Assembly (NCBI RefSeq): GCF_009914755.1
Contig: NC_060926.1
DNA length: 64,000 nucleotides
Strand: one strand, 5' to 3'
DNA from: the human T2T-CHM13v2.0 reference genome, Homo sapiens
The notes below the pieces were generated by a model, which was given only the letters and a program-made list of their open reading frames with translations, made no database searches and had not been told where the DNA came from. The position numbers and the translations under genes are program-made. This document shows, one piece after another, positions 62,685 through 64,000 of the stretch (the first letter of the stretch is position 1; the number at the start of each line of letters is the position of its first letter).

Positions 62685-63335
62685 GTTTTTTATTCTTTCA
62701 ACAAAAGTCTGTTAGGCAGTCACTATCTGCCAGGTGTTGATCTGGACTCTCAGGATATAAAGAAAATTAAATCCATGACCCATGTCTCTGGGTGGCTCGT
62801 TGTTTATTAGGGAAGATCTAATATGTTAAGACGCTTTTGGTTGCAAGCTGCATCTGTAGCTGTCTTCAACAGTGAGGAAGGGCATTGAGATATATTACAG
62901 GAAAGCCTGACATAAGGCTGTTCACGGGGAGCTAATCCAGTGGGCATAATGTCATCAAGAGGGTCCTTTCAGACATTCAACTCTGTACAACCCATGGTGT
63001 GCCCATTTCATCTTCTGGCTGCTTCTCCTAAGCTCATGGATGTCTGCGGGTAGCATCTATGTTTTCTTGCAGTGGAAGAGACAAATAGCTTCCTTTGGCT
63101 CTTAAGAATCATGAAATTCCTTGCCCAAACAGTAAACCATCTTGTATGGATTTCAATAGCTCAGATTGGTTCAGACCTACAATATCTCTGAACCATTCCC
63201 AAGTAAGGGGCTGGGATTGCCATCATTGGTTTAGCCTAATCAGGGTCCATCTCTGCAGCAGGGACCCACCAGATTTCCCTGAAGCATACTGGCCATTCAG
63301 AGAAGGGTTCTATTAGGCAAGAGGAGGGAAATGGT
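62685..63335 (-). mobile_element. L2 3' fragment followed by old MLT1 LTR fragment
   Basis: ttctttcaacaaaag...cactatctgccagg (L2); cttttggttgcaag, ctcagattggttcag, cattggtttagcctaatcaggg (MLT1). Confidence 0.55.
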
Positions 63336-63442
63336 TCTGGGCTATAATGTTTCCCTCTTTATCTTTTGTAATACTAAAAGCTATTTCAGTAAAGTAGGAC
63401 TTGAGCAGCTGATGATATGGTTTCTGAAGGATATATTTTCTG

Positions 63443-63606
63443 CTAGGCTAATGGTTCTTAAACTTGAGAACCTGGAGGGCTTTTTAACATACACTTTTGT
63501 TAATTCTCAGGCTGTACCCCAGAGTTTGCTGATTAAAGAGGTCTGAGGTAGAGCCTTGGAATTTGTTTCTAATGCTTGCAAAAATGCTGGTGAGAACCAC
63601 TGTCTA
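63443..63606. mobile_element. MER5-type hAT DNA transposon
   Basis: atggttcttaaacttgag...ggtctgaggtagagccttggaattt...tgagaaccactg. Confidence 0.65.
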
Positions 63607-64000
63607 AGATGTTGCATCTAACAAAGAATTGGCAACCTTTGATTGGCTAAGATTACTATGAGAGTTGGACAAACCTTACTTTAGATTTTAGAAACATTTC
63701 TTTTCATGAGTCACAGTTTTTCATTTACTTTATCATTCAGATGCCTGGTTAGCCTTGAAGACATTCTTTCCTCTTTAAGATATGCCCTTGTCAAGTTACA
63801 CAAAAAAGTCCTCAAACATCTTTTGAAAGTTATTGCTACTGTTAGTCTAACAGTCTTCAAAATTATCTTTAATAGTGTACATGTGAAATGTAAACTTTAT
63901 TATAGCCAAGTTTTAAGAAAGTTGCAATTCACATTTCTGCAATTGTGAAATATCTGTTATTGTGTAAATGGAGCTCTTCTATTCAAGGGAAAATATAGTA

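Overview
AT-rich primate genomic DNA, most likely human or another great ape (AluY, an L1PA2/3-type LINE and an LTR12/ERV9 solo LTR are present), from an intergenic or deep-intronic region. I found no host protein-coding gene, tRNA, rRNA or CRISPR array. Every recognisable ORF is an L1 ORF1/ORF2 relic, an Alu/LTR12 reading-frame artefact or a translated microsatellite. The window is a layered transposon record. It holds a ~6.3 kb decayed L1PA7-type element (44708-51020, +) carrying a nested AluY, and a 1.9 kb young 5'-truncated L1PA2/3 (31711-33580, -) with a perfect 14-bp TSD. It also holds a CpG-rich LTR12 solo LTR (22788-23982, -), about 13 Alus, MaLR/ERVL/ERV1 LTRs, Tigger3b, MER5, MER94 and old L1M/L2/MIR pieces. 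I did not find a convincing new biological system. The best leads: (1) Alus that carry self-templated inversions or duplications, the clearest being a ~75-bp fold-back hairpin at 53450-53614; (2) a ~124-bp dispersed local duplication; (3) a rearranged L1MC insertion; (4) candidate enhancers in repeat-poor DNA (a perfect DR5 RARE beside two FOX sites, an FGF4-spaced SOX-OCT element, a HOX13/CDX-type motif cluster); (5) a few candidate non-coding exons. Subfamily names come from recalled consensus sequences, not a RepeatMasker run, and boundaries of old elements are approximate.
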